In this document: positions 39,707-48,706 of the stretch, piece after piece
Layout: each line of letters opens with the position of its first letter
Numbering within the stretch: the stretch's first letter is position 1
Position numbers and translations under genes: made by a program
NCBI GenBank assembly: GCA_049317285.1
Contig: JBMOIO010000001.1
Span: 20,388 to 84,387 of the forward strand
DNA: 64,000 bases
Reading direction: 5' to 3'
DNA from: Minisyncoccia bacterium
GTDB taxonomy: Bacteria > Patescibacteriota > Minisyncoccia > Phycocordibacterales > UBA9973
The notes under the pieces: generated by a model
Told to the model about the DNA's origin: nothing
The model's database searches: none
The model's input: only the letters and a program-made list of their open reading frames with translations

Positions 39707-41159
39707 AACACTTTCGTCACTATTGGAAACAATACCCTTTGAAGAGTGTCTTGGTACGACAGACCGTGTTATTACCGATGTCACAATTGATTCACGTACC
39801 GTCACTGCAACTGCACTATTTGTCGCGCAAAAAGGCGAAACACTCGATGGTCACGACTTTATCGGACAAGCTATTGAAAACGGTGCCCGGACAATCGTCT
39901 GTCAAACTATTCCTTCACTGCTTCACGACGGCGTGACCTATATCAAAGTTATCGATAGCCACCATGCCGCTGGTCTTATCGCAAGTTGGCTGTATGATTT
40001 CCCGGCTCGAGACCTTACCCTTATCGGTGTTACGGGCACCAACGGCAAGACAACGGTTGCAACACTGCTTTGGCAGTCACTGCGTCTCTTGGGCAATAAA
40101 GTTGGCCTTATCTCAACAGTTTCGCATTGGATAGATGAGTGTGAAATTCCCAGCACGCACACCACTCCCGACGCAATCACCTTACAAAAACTTTTTCGAA
40201 CAATGGCAGATGCCGGATGCACCCATGTGATCATGGAAGTCAGCTCCCATGCCATTGCGCAGAAGCGCATTGCGGGTCTGACATTTGCCGTGGGAATATT
40301 TACCAATCTTACCCAGGACCATTTAGATTTCCACAACACAATGGAAGCGTATGGGGCAACCAAAAAAACATTTTTCTCTTCACTTCAGTCGTCAGCATAT
40401 GCTATTACCAACTTCGATGACTCATATGGGGCCTCTATGGTAGATGATACTCAAGCGACCACACTCTCCTATGCAATAACCGCTCCTGCTGACTACGTAG
40501 CAAAAGATATACTCCTGAGTATTGACGGCACTTCTTTTACTATTGAAAACACCGCTCTCGCATCAACTCTTATTGGAGCATTTAATCTTTCTAACATACT
40601 TGCAGTCTACGCCTGCTTACGGACGCTTTCCTATAACCCTTCTGACATCGCGCAAATAATCCCCGCCCTTGTTCCCCCTCCTGGAAGACTGGAATTAATA
40701 AAAGGTCCCGAAGACCGAATAGGGGTCATCGATTACGCCCATACTCCTGACGGACTTGAGAAACTGCTCACTACATTGCAGGCCATTAAAAAACCACACA
40801 CACAGCTAATAGTAGTATTTGGCTGTGGAGGAGATCGTGATACGAGCAAGCGCCCTCTCATGGGCACTATTGCACTGACCCATTCGGACTACTGTGTTAT
40901 TACCTCAGACAATCCCCGCAATGAATCCCCCCAATCAATCTGCGATGACATCTTGAAAGGCCTCCCGGAGCAACGAGCTTCATACATCGTTATTGTTGAC
41001 AGAAAAGAGGCGATTTATCACGCAGTACAAAATAGTCTGCCGGGCGATACTATTGTGATTGCAGGAAAAGGCCATGAAGAGTACCAAATAATCGGCACTG
41101 ATAAGTTACCATTCTCAGATAGAACAGTTCTTGCAGAAGCATTTACGGCGCTCGAGTAA
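39699..41159 (+). CDS. murE: UDP-N-acetylmuramoyl-L-alanyl-D-glutamate--2,6-diaminopimelate ligase
   Basis: LIGVTGTNGKTTVATLL...DYAHTPDGLEKLL...GGDRD; 8-nt overlap with murC. Confidence 0.85.
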   Translation: MNKTLSSLLETIPFEECLGTTDRVITDVTIDSRTVTATALFVAQKGETLDGHDFIGQAIENGARTIVCQTIPSLLHDGVTYIKVIDSHHAAGLIASWLYDFPARDLTLIGVTGTNGKTTVATLLWQSLRLLGNKVGLISTVSHWIDECEIPSTHTTPDAITLQKLFRTMADAGCTHVIMEVSSHAIAQKRIAGLTFAVGIFTNLTQDHLDFHNTMEAYGATKKTFFSSLQSSAYAITNFDDSYGASMVDDTQATTLSYAITAPADYVAKDILLSIDGTSFTIENTALASTLIGAFNLSNILAVYACLRTLSYNPSDIAQIIPALVPPPGRLELIKGPEDRIGVIDYAHTPDGLEKLLTTLQAIKKPHTQLIVVFGCGGDRDTSKRPLMGTIALTHSDYCVITSDNPRNESPQSICDDILKGLPEQRASYIVIVDRKEAIYHAVQNSLPGDTIVIAGKGHEEYQIIGTDKLPFSDRTVLAEAFTALE

Positions 41160-41195
41160 ATAATAGTGTAAAAAAATAAACCCCCGTGAAGGAGT

Positions 41196-41645
41196 TCATT
41201 GTTGTAGCACTGATTCGACATGCAATAAATTTTCAAACGCTTCTGCAATTGTTCTCCCGTTAGCCATTCTCTTGTATATACCGGGAGGGCTGTTGACAGG
41301 AGGGCGGGTTTTAACAAATAGTATTTTCCACCCACCGTTTTCCATAGAAAGTTCTGTATATCCTTTGCAAAGAAATTGCTCCAATACAAGAGGATGCACC
41401 ATAGAGAGCGAATTCGGATAGGCTGCATTTGCTTCTTTTTCTAATCTTTTTCTTTTACGACTTTCTCGTTGAAAAGTCTCAATATGTAAAAGCATAAGTA
41501 AATGTCCAAGCCCTCGATCGGAATAGACGGTCCATGTGATGTCGTCGAGAGTAGCCGTGACTACAAAAAGATACTCAACCGGCGAGGCGATCCGGATACT
41601 ACCCTTCTCAAAGAAACGGGCGTACTGTTCTATAGTATTGTTCAT
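41196..41645 (-). CDS. hypothetical protein downstream of smc
   Basis: 150 aa from MNNTIEQYARFF; no family recognised; overlaps smc stop region. Confidence 0.4.
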   Translation of the reverse strand: MNNTIEQYARFFEKGSIRIASPVEYLFVVTATLDDITWTVYSDRGLGHLLMLLHIETFQRESRKRKRLEKEANAAYPNSLSMVHPLVLEQFLCKGYTELSMENGGWKILFVKTRPPVNSPPGIYKRMANGRTIAEAFENLLHVESVLQQ

Positions 41646-41682
41646 AATTGTACAGGTTTTGCCCCATACTATATGTTCACAG

Positions 41683-43962
41683 TTATTTTGCAACCTTTAC
41701 TGCGTCGTCGAATTTGATCGAAAGGAGTTTTGAAGCAGAGTCGGCTCCGAGAGTAACACCGTAGAGCACGCTTGCACGGGACATTGTTTCGCGGTTGTGG
41801 GTGACGACGATGAGCTGTGCGTATGCGGCCAACAGTTCGATCATGTCGCCGTATCGGCGAGAATTTGCTTCGTCGAGGGCTGCATCAGTTTCGTCCAATA
41901 CCAAAAATGGCGGTGGGTTCACTTGAGAAATAGCAAAGAGAAGTGCAATGGAAACGAGACTGCGCTCCCCGCCTGAGAGCATATGAAGCTCCTTCACTTT
42001 CTTCTCCGGCAGGTTTACATGCACGTCGATTCCACGTTCAAAGAAACGGTCATCCTCTTCGCTCTGCTCAGAGTCTTCGCCTTCGACTACGAATTGTTCG
42101 TCTGCTTTCTTTCGACGCTTCTTTTCAATAGTCACGGAAAGGAATGCGCTCCCCCCGCCAAACATTGTCTTGAAGAATTCTCCAAAGCGCTCATTAATCA
42201 CCGTCACCCCTGTGGTGAACTTCTCATCAAGGAGCTTTTTCAAATCGATAATAAGCGACTCGAGGTTGCGAATACTTGCTTCGATATCGGTCACTTCGCG
42301 AGCAAGGAATTCATCGCGCTCTTTTGTCGCTTCGTATTCTGCCGTTACATCATTACCTATTCCTGAGTGCTCATCAAGGCGAATCTTCAAGCGGTCGATG
42401 CTTCGCTTCATGTCGTGCAAATTCAATTCCGGAAGGGGTTGTGCGGATTGCAGTGCATGAATAAACGATGGCCCGAAAAGAAAGCCGGCTTCCTTGAGCT
42501 CTGCATCAAAATATTCTTTGCGCTCAAGAAATGCGCTTTTAGAAACGGCTAAAATCTGAAGCTCAGCTTCGCATTGGCGGATATCGCTTTGCAATTCGTA
42601 TCGCTTGCGAGTGCTTTCTTGGTTGCCGGTTAAGAGTGCTTCACGCGCAAGCTCAAGCGTGTTGATGCGCGCTACCACCTCGTCTTCCTGTCCCAATAGT
42701 GCGATAAGGTCTTTTTGCAATCCTTCCATTTCAAGGGCAGTGTCTTTCAGCGTATCGTGTGAAAGGCTGTTGTGATTTTCCTGCGGAGCTGGTTTATTCT
42801 CGCGAGTCTTCAAACGGGCAAGCAGGCTTTCAAGCTGGGAGAGTGTTGCGCGCACCGCGTCAACGCTCTCTGCGCTGCGCAAATTATTCAAGAAAAATTC
42901 GATATCGCTCACAAGCTGCCCGTATTCGGTTGCAGCAAAAGAAACGCTTGCGCTCGATACAGGAACAGCAGCCTGCCGTGCAATCATTTGTCGGTGAGCC
43001 TCGAGCATTCCCTCCAATCGGCTGATACGGCTCTCGAGCGCTCTTCGCTTGTCGCGAATTTCTCGCAATGTGTCTGCTAGAGTTGTGCGCTCTGTTGCCG
43101 TTGTGTCGTGCACTGCGCCTTCTTCGGGCAATGTTTCCAACAGTGCGGAGAGGTCAGCATGGCGTGTGCGGATTAATTGCTCCGCACTTCCGATACGTGC
43201 GTCTTCTTCTCCAAGGTGCGCACGCTCTGTTGCGAGATACTGTACAAGAGCATCTTCGAGCTCGACCCTGATTGCACGCCCTTTCTCAACTTTCTCAACT
43301 TGTTTTTGCAAAAATTTCAAATGCGGCACGATTTCTCGGCGCAATGACTGCACTTCTTTGAGCGTATCAAGTGCGCGAGCGAGTTTACTCTCGCTTTCTT
43401 TGATGCGGTAGTGGTATATCTTTAGTCCGAGGGCATCTTCAAGCATTTCGCGGCGGTCCCGCGGGCTTGCGCGCAAAATACCGTCAGCTTCCCCTTGCGA
43501 AATAATATGGTGGCCGGACGAACCGATGTTTACAGACGAAAGCAGTTCTGTCATCTGCTTGAGGCGTATCTCAGCACCATTCATCAAATATTTGCTGGTG
43601 CCATCAGCATAAAGCTCGCGGGTGAATGTCACGCTCTCAAACAATAGCGGCGAGCGCACAGTGCTTTCGGTGCTGCTTGGCGCAAAGGCAAACACTTTGT
43701 CGGAGTTGTCGAAGGTAATGGAAACTGATGCGCGAGAGAGCTTGCTTGTCCCGGTGCCTCCGCGGAAAATAAGGTCCGCCCCGCTTTTCCCGCGCATGCT
43801 TTTCATTGACTGTTCACCGAGTACGAAGCGAAATGCTTCAACGACATTACTCTTCCCTGAACCATTGGGCCCGACAACAGCAGTCACTGGCGCCGTAAAA
43901 GCAAGCGTGCTCTTTTTAGCAAACGACTTGAATCCGGCTATCTCTATGTGCTGCAGACGCAT
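41683..43962 (-). CDS. smc: SMC-family chromosome segregation ATPase (short, 759 aa)
   Basis: MRLQHIEIAGFKSFAKKSTLAFTAPVTAVVGPNGSGKSNVVEAFRFVLGEQS (Walker A) ... LSGGERSLVSIALLFAI...LVLDETDAALDEAN (signature/Walker B). Confidence 0.8.
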   Translation of the reverse strand: MRLQHIEIAGFKSFAKKSTLAFTAPVTAVVGPNGSGKSNVVEAFRFVLGEQSMKSMRGKSGADLIFRGGTGTSKLSRASVSITFDNSDKVFAFAPSSTESTVRSPLLFESVTFTRELYADGTSKYLMNGAEIRLKQMTELLSSVNIGSSGHHIISQGEADGILRASPRDRREMLEDALGLKIYHYRIKESESKLARALDTLKEVQSLRREIVPHLKFLQKQVEKVEKGRAIRVELEDALVQYLATERAHLGEEDARIGSAEQLIRTRHADLSALLETLPEEGAVHDTTATERTTLADTLREIRDKRRALESRISRLEGMLEAHRQMIARQAAVPVSSASVSFAATEYGQLVSDIEFFLNNLRSAESVDAVRATLSQLESLLARLKTRENKPAPQENHNSLSHDTLKDTALEMEGLQKDLIALLGQEDEVVARINTLELAREALLTGNQESTRKRYELQSDIRQCEAELQILAVSKSAFLERKEYFDAELKEAGFLFGPSFIHALQSAQPLPELNLHDMKRSIDRLKIRLDEHSGIGNDVTAEYEATKERDEFLAREVTDIEASIRNLESLIIDLKKLLDEKFTTGVTVINERFGEFFKTMFGGGSAFLSVTIEKKRRKKADEQFVVEGEDSEQSEEDDRFFERGIDVHVNLPEKKVKELHMLSGGERSLVSIALLFAISQVNPPPFLVLDETDAALDEANSRRYGDMIELLAAYAQLIVVTHNRETMSRASVLYGVTLGADSASKLLSIKFDDAVKVAK

Positions 43963-44014
43963 GCAAAGAGTATACCACCCGCTCCTTCTTATCTAAATCC
44001 CTTACAGGTGTCCT

Positions 44015-44050
44015 ATACTCAAAAATAAGCGATAGCATATTTTTGAGTAT
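44015..44050. promoter_or_regulatory. 13-bp inverted repeat upstream of smc (candidate operator or secondary terminator)
   Basis: atactcaaaaata-N10-tatttttgagtat. Confidence 0.3.
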
Positions 44051-44054
44051 TACA

Positions 44055-44093
44055 AAAAACAACTCCTCAGTATGCAGTGAGGAGTTGTTTTTA
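44055..44093 (-). terminator. rho-independent terminator after rnc
   Basis: aaaaacaactcctca gtatgc agtgaggagttgttttt. Confidence 0.7.
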
Positions 44094-44099
44094 TTTTTA

Positions 44100-44792
44100 T
44101 TATGCCCAGCCTTTTGCGACGAGTGCTGCTTGTGCTGCGGCTTGCTGTCCTTCTTGTTTACTTCGGCCTTTGCCTTCAGCGATTTTTTTGTCCCCGAAGA
44201 AAATGGCAATGGTAAAGTGCTTGTCGTGGTCCGGACCACTCTCGGACACAACAGTGTATGACGGTGTCACACCCACGCGCTCCTGCGCTTCTTCCTGCAC
44301 CTGACTCTTTGGATCTTTCCAACTTTTCAGTTTGATAATTTCTTCAAGTCGCGGAAGAAGTGTGTTAGTAACAAAGGTGTTGCACACTTCATAGCCCTGA
44401 TCGAGATAGAGTGCGCCGACAAATGACTCGTACGTGTTCGCAAGGATCGTTTGACGTGCGCGGCCAGTGTCTTTTGTTTCACCTTTCGAAAGAAGCAAGT
44501 AATCGTTCATTTTAATCACGCCTGCAACTTCGCCCATGATGACGGCATTCACCAGTGCGCTTCGATATGCAGTGAGCTCGCCTTCGGCTGAGTTTGGATA
44601 TGCGCGGAACAAATAATCGGTAACGATCAATTCGATCACGGCATCGCCAAGAAACTCAAAGCGTTCATTGTGCTCAAGTCCGCTTTTCGGATTTTCATTG
44701 ATAAAAGAACGGTGTGTGAATGCACGCGCAAGCAGTGCCTTATCGGTAAAACTGATGCCGAGCGACTGTTCAAAAGGAGTAAAATCTATCAT
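44100..44792 (-). CDS. rnc: ribonuclease III
   Basis: HNERFEFLGDAVIELIVTDYLF signature; C-terminal dsRBD. Confidence 0.9.
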   Translation of the reverse strand: MIDFTPFEQSLGISFTDKALLARAFTHRSFINENPKSGLEHNERFEFLGDAVIELIVTDYLFRAYPNSAEGELTAYRSALVNAVIMGEVAGVIKMNDYLLLSKGETKDTGRARQTILANTYESFVGALYLDQGYEVCNTFVTNTLLPRLEEIIKLKSWKDPKSQVQEEAQERVGVTPSYTVVSESGPDHDKHFTIAIFFGDKKIAEGKGRSKQEGQQAAAQAALVAKGWA

Positions 44793-44864
44793 ATATTTAG
44801 AGGATGGAAAGTGGAAAGTGGAATGTAGTGGGCCAACAGCCTTCTACGCTCTACTTTCTACTCT

Positions 44865-45770
44865 CTAATTTGGTTTGGTAATCTTTTCGATCGCCTTGGC
44901 GATCAGTGGCAATATATCATCATATATCGTCAGGTCAACTACCTCGTGGAGTTGGAACCATGCGGCGCGGTCAAGCCCGCCGTTTGAATGCATGTCGAGT
45001 TCTTGGTATTTTGCTTCCGCTAAATAGAAGGTAACCACCTTTCGGATCTTCCCTTTTTCAGGGTGGGATGCGACATAGTCGATAGAGCCAATCTCGGGAC
45101 CGAGCTCAACCTCGATACCAAGCTTCTCTTCAATCTCGCGCTTGCCGGCGATTTCATTTGTTTCTCCTTCTTCAAGTCCACCCTTTGGAAGCGTCCAGTA
45201 TCCAAACACATCGTGCACGAGTGCAACATAGTCCACGCCGTCATGTCGCGCGTGCACAATGCCTCCGGCCTTTGCTTCAACAACAAGCGTGCTTGGGTCT
45301 ACCGGCTCTTCAACTTTTTTTCCGCGCGGCACACTTGCCTGCTCTTTGCCCGGCTCGCCAATCTCTTTATAGACCGCCCCAAGCACGCCATTGACGAACT
45401 TTCCGGAGTTTTCTCCGCCAAATGTTTTTGCAAGCTCAATCGCTTCGTTGATCGCAACCTTTGGAGGAACCTGTTCGCGGTCGCCAAACAATAATTCCGC
45501 AAGCCCCATGCGAAGGACATTGCGGTCAACATTAGAAATTTTTTCGAGTGGCCACTCGGGAGCGGCCTTCATGATGATGTCGTCAATGACTGTCTGCTTG
45601 CGCTGGACTGTCTCTGCGAGTTCGTAGATAAATGCAGTATCGTTATGCCCCGGAGCGAACTCCGCAATGTCGCGATCAATCACCGCCTTAAGTTCCTCTG
45701 GTTGGCCAGAGAAATCCCATTCGAACAGTGATTGAAGAACAATTGACCTCGAGAGGTGGCGGTTTGCCAT
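44865..45770 (-). CDS. nusB: transcription antitermination factor NusB fused to a C-terminal NUDIX hydrolase domain
   Basis: N-terminal RSIVLQSLFEWDF...KVAINEAIELAKTFGGENSGKFVNGVLG (near-identical to the E. coli NusB core) plus C-terminal GYWTLPKGGLEEGETNEIAGKREIEEKLGIEV (Nudix box). Confidence 0.8.
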   Translation of the reverse strand: MANRHLSRSIVLQSLFEWDFSGQPEELKAVIDRDIAEFAPGHNDTAFIYELAETVQRKQTVIDDIIMKAAPEWPLEKISNVDRNVLRMGLAELLFGDREQVPPKVAINEAIELAKTFGGENSGKFVNGVLGAVYKEIGEPGKEQASVPRGKKVEEPVDPSTLVVEAKAGGIVHARHDGVDYVALVHDVFGYWTLPKGGLEEGETNEIAGKREIEEKLGIEVELGPEIGSIDYVASHPEKGKIRKVVTFYLAEAKYQELDMHSNGGLDRAAWFQLHEVVDLTIYDDILPLIAKAIEKITKPN

Positions 45771-45785
45771 GGATACTATTATATA

Positions 45786-45992
45786 CTACTTATCCTTTTT
45801 AGCTTGCTTTTTTTGCACAGCTTTTACTGGATCGCCAATAACTGACTTTCCCTTGTACATGCCGTCGAGACTTGCGCGGTGACGGATGTGCAGTGTGCCA
45901 TCATTGTCTTTAGAAAGCGCTGGGTCTTTTAGGGCATGGTGGCTGCGGCGATTTGCCGTATGCGCACGTGTGTGTCTCATTCGAACTACCAT
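45786..45992 (-). CDS. rpmF: 50S ribosomal protein L32
   Basis: MVVRMRHTRAHTANRRSHHALKDP...HIRHRASLDGMYKGKSVI; start at internal Met (cat 45990-45992). Confidence 0.8.
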   Translation of the reverse strand: MVVRMRHTRAHTANRRSHHALKDPALSKDNDGTLHIRHRASLDGMYKGKSVIGDPVKAVQKKQAKKDK

Positions 45993-46050
45993 AATGGACT
46001 CATCATACCCTATTTCTCCAAATATGCAAATAAAAAAGCCTACCGGGGCA

Positions 46051-46632
46051 TTATGCGGCGGTAGGCTCATACTTTTTTCTGAAAGCGAATCTTTTTATCA
46101 ATTGTGGTTCTTTTTTCATTGCTTCCTGGACTAAGTCCAAAATCCAATGGTGACCTTCCCATAAATGATGCCGTATCATCGACTGCGGTATCCATAAAGG
46201 GATACCTGTTTTTCCATCCGACGGCGGATTTTTATGGATGTTTGTATCATCATAGTCATAAATCCAGTATGCATGCTGCAAGTGGACTCCAGCAACCTTT
46301 TCATGGTGCGGTCTTTGCCTGTAGCCAAGATCCTTTGTTTGACGGACCTTCATCCCAGTCTCCTCCATTAACTCACGAATCATTGTACCGATAGGCTCTT
46401 CCAAATAATGCATTTCGATAACCAACTCTTTGTTTTCCGGCAACCACAATTGATGCAGCTTTGGGACACACCAGTACTCATACTCATTAATATCAAGGTT
46501 AAACCGGGTAGCAATCCCCATCGATGCAGAGGTGCCTGTATTGTCGGCATTCTCTCCTCCGGGAACCACTATCATGTTTTTGTTTTGCTTATGACTCCAC
46601 AACTGACTCGCTATTTTTGATAAATAGTTCAT
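46051..46632 (-). CDS. NUDIX-like hydrolase (degenerate Nudix box)
   Basis: EEPIGTMIRELMEETGMKV resembles E-x7-RE-x2-EE-xG; start at MNYLSK (cat 46630-46632). Confidence 0.45.
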   Translation of the reverse strand: MNYLSKIASQLWSHKQNKNMIVVPGGENADNTGTSASMGIATRFNLDINEYEYWCVPKLHQLWLPENKELVIEMHYLEEPIGTMIRELMEETGMKVRQTKDLGYRQRPHHEKVAGVHLQHAYWIYDYDDTNIHKNPPSDGKTGIPLWIPQSMIRHHLWEGHHWILDLVQEAMKKEPQLIKRFAFRKKYEPTAA

Positions 46633-46687
46633 CGTATCTGTTTTTAAAATGTACGTATTATTCTCATAATACCAAACAATACACAAT

Positions 46688-48478
46688 ATGTCAATAATGG
46701 GAGAAAAGGCAGTAAAATGCTATAGTTTTTCCATGTCACACAACATCGAACACACCCGCCACTCCCTCGCCCACCTCCTTGGTGCGGCCATTTTAGAGCT
46801 CTATCCTGACGCGCAATTGACGCTTGGACCTGCAGTCGACGACGGCTTTTATTACGATACAAAGTTTTCAAATGCCATTGGCACCAATGAATTGCCTGCG
46901 ATTGAAGCGAAGATGCGCGAGCTTCTCCCTACCTGGACTAGTGTTACCCACAAAGAGCTCAGTAAAGAAGAAGCGCTCGAATACTTTAAAGGAAACCAAT
47001 TTAAAGAAGAATTGATAAACGAAATCGCTGAGAAAGGCGAAGTTATTACTCTCTATACTATGGGCAACTTTACTGACCTCTGCCGAGGAGGACACACAGA
47101 TGACTTAAGTGGTATTGATCCAGCTTCATTCAAACTCGACCGTGTTGCCGGAGCATACTGGCGCGGGAGCGAGCACAACCCGATGCTCACCCGTATCTAC
47201 GGCCTTGCCTTCTCTACTAAAGAAGCACTGGAGAAGCACGAGTGGCAACTCGAAGAAGGAAAAAAGCGTGATCACCGAAAACTCGGGCGTGAATTAAAGC
47301 TCTTTACCATTTCAGATTTGGTCGGAGCGGGCCTTCCTCTCTTTCAGCCCAACGGTATGATTATTAGAAAAGCAGTCGAGGACTACTTATGGGAATTGCA
47401 CAACGATAAAGGATACGACCGAGTATGGACACCACATCTTGCAAAAGAAAGCCTCTATGAAGTCTCTGGGCACGCCGGCCACTATATGGACGACATGTTT
47501 GCCGTAAAGGGTGGGAGCTCCAAAGAAGATTTTTATGTAAAGCCGATGAACTGCCCACACCACATGCAGATTTTTGCAGACAACCAGTTCTCCTACCGCG
47601 ATATGCCAGTGCGCTACTTTGAACCAGCCACCGTGTATCGCGATGAAAAGACCGGCCAGCTTGGCGGACTTACCCGTGTGCGCTCTATCACCCAAGATGA
47701 TGGGCACTTGTTCTGCCGTGCCACACAGATTGGGGACGAAATAAAAACAATCGTTTCAATCATCAAGTCATTTTATACAACAATGGGAATGATCGAAGGG
47801 TATTGGGTGCGCCTCTCGCTTCGCGGAGACGATACTTCTAAATACCTCGGAAGCGACGAAGTATGGAACATGGCAGAAACTGCACTGACTGAAGTATGTA
47901 TCGATGAGAACCTCCCTTACACTCCCGCAAAAGATGAAGCGGCATTCTACGGACCAAAGCTCGACTTTATGTTCAAAGACGCTATCGGGCGCGAATGGCA
48001 GCTCGCAACAATTCAGTGTGACTTTAATCTACCAGAGCGGTTCGATCTTTCGTTTACCAACGAAAAGGGTGAAAAAGAACGCCCTGTAGTGATTCACCGC
48101 GCAATCTCAGGCTCGCTTGAGCGCTTTATGGGCGTCATGATTGAGCACTTTGCAGGAGCATTCCCAACCTGGCTCGCACCCACTCAAGTTGCGATTATTC
48201 CTGTTGCCGAAGCGCATGCTGACTACGCGCAAACAGTTTTACGCACACTTCGCGCGCAAAACATTCGCGCAACACTACTCCTCGACGACAGCCTCGGCAA
48301 GCGCATCCGCTCTGCAAAGACTGAAAAGATCCCGTACCAAATTATCATCGGGAACAAAGAAATAGAGAGTAATACCCTTACTGTTGAAGGGCGAAATGAA
48401 TTGAAGCTTGAGAATATTTCAACAGAGGACTTTACTGCTCGTGTGGTTTCTGAAATAAAAGACCGAAAGGATATATAA
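46688..48478 (+). CDS. thrS: threonyl-tRNA synthetase (no N-terminal TGS domain)
   Basis: HSLAHLLGAAILELYPD...HRKLGRELKLF...MNCPHHMQIF...RVRSITQDDGHLF class II motifs; start could be Met 46733. Confidence 0.85.
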   Translation: MSIMGEKAVKCYSFSMSHNIEHTRHSLAHLLGAAILELYPDAQLTLGPAVDDGFYYDTKFSNAIGTNELPAIEAKMRELLPTWTSVTHKELSKEEALEYFKGNQFKEELINEIAEKGEVITLYTMGNFTDLCRGGHTDDLSGIDPASFKLDRVAGAYWRGSEHNPMLTRIYGLAFSTKEALEKHEWQLEEGKKRDHRKLGRELKLFTISDLVGAGLPLFQPNGMIIRKAVEDYLWELHNDKGYDRVWTPHLAKESLYEVSGHAGHYMDDMFAVKGGSSKEDFYVKPMNCPHHMQIFADNQFSYRDMPVRYFEPATVYRDEKTGQLGGLTRVRSITQDDGHLFCRATQIGDEIKTIVSIIKSFYTTMGMIEGYWVRLSLRGDDTSKYLGSDEVWNMAETALTEVCIDENLPYTPAKDEAAFYGPKLDFMFKDAIGREWQLATIQCDFNLPERFDLSFTNEKGEKERPVVIHRAISGSLERFMGVMIEHFAGAFPTWLAPTQVAIIPVAEAHADYAQTVLRTLRAQNIRATLLLDDSLGKRIRSAKTEKIPYQIIIGNKEIESNTLTVEGRNELKLENISTEDFTARVVSEIKDRKDI

Positions 48479-48485
48479 TACCTCT

Positions 48486-48674
48486 ATGGAAAACAATAAC
48501 ACCTACAACCTCATGACCCAGCTGACCCAAGAATCAAAAAGCCTCTGGCGCATTAAGAACAATTATCTCCCTGAAGCGGATACTGAAGAAGTAAAAGCAT
48601 TCTGGACAGCCCTCATGGAAGACAAAGAAAAGCACATCAAAGAACTCCGTGCATTGATAAAAAACTCTCTCTAA
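48486..48674 (+). CDS. small hypothetical protein
   Basis: 62-aa ORF right after thrS, followed by a terminator. Confidence 0.35.
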   Translation: MENNNTYNLMTQLTQESKSLWRIKNNYLPEADTEEVKAFWTALMEDKEKHIKELRALIKNSL

Positions 48675-48677
48675 TAT

Positions 48678-48706
48678 AAAAACTCCCACTGATGTGGGAG
48701 TTTTTA
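48678..48706. terminator. bidirectional terminator (overlaps gyrB stop)
   Basis: aaaactcccac tgat gtgggagttttt. Confidence 0.65.

Noticed and set aside
46688-46732. thrS start at 46688 versus 46733
   Set aside because: Not resolvable from sequence alone. The earlier ATG was kept for the feature but the internal Met (MSHNIEH) aligns with the start of the conserved editing domain, and either is plausible.
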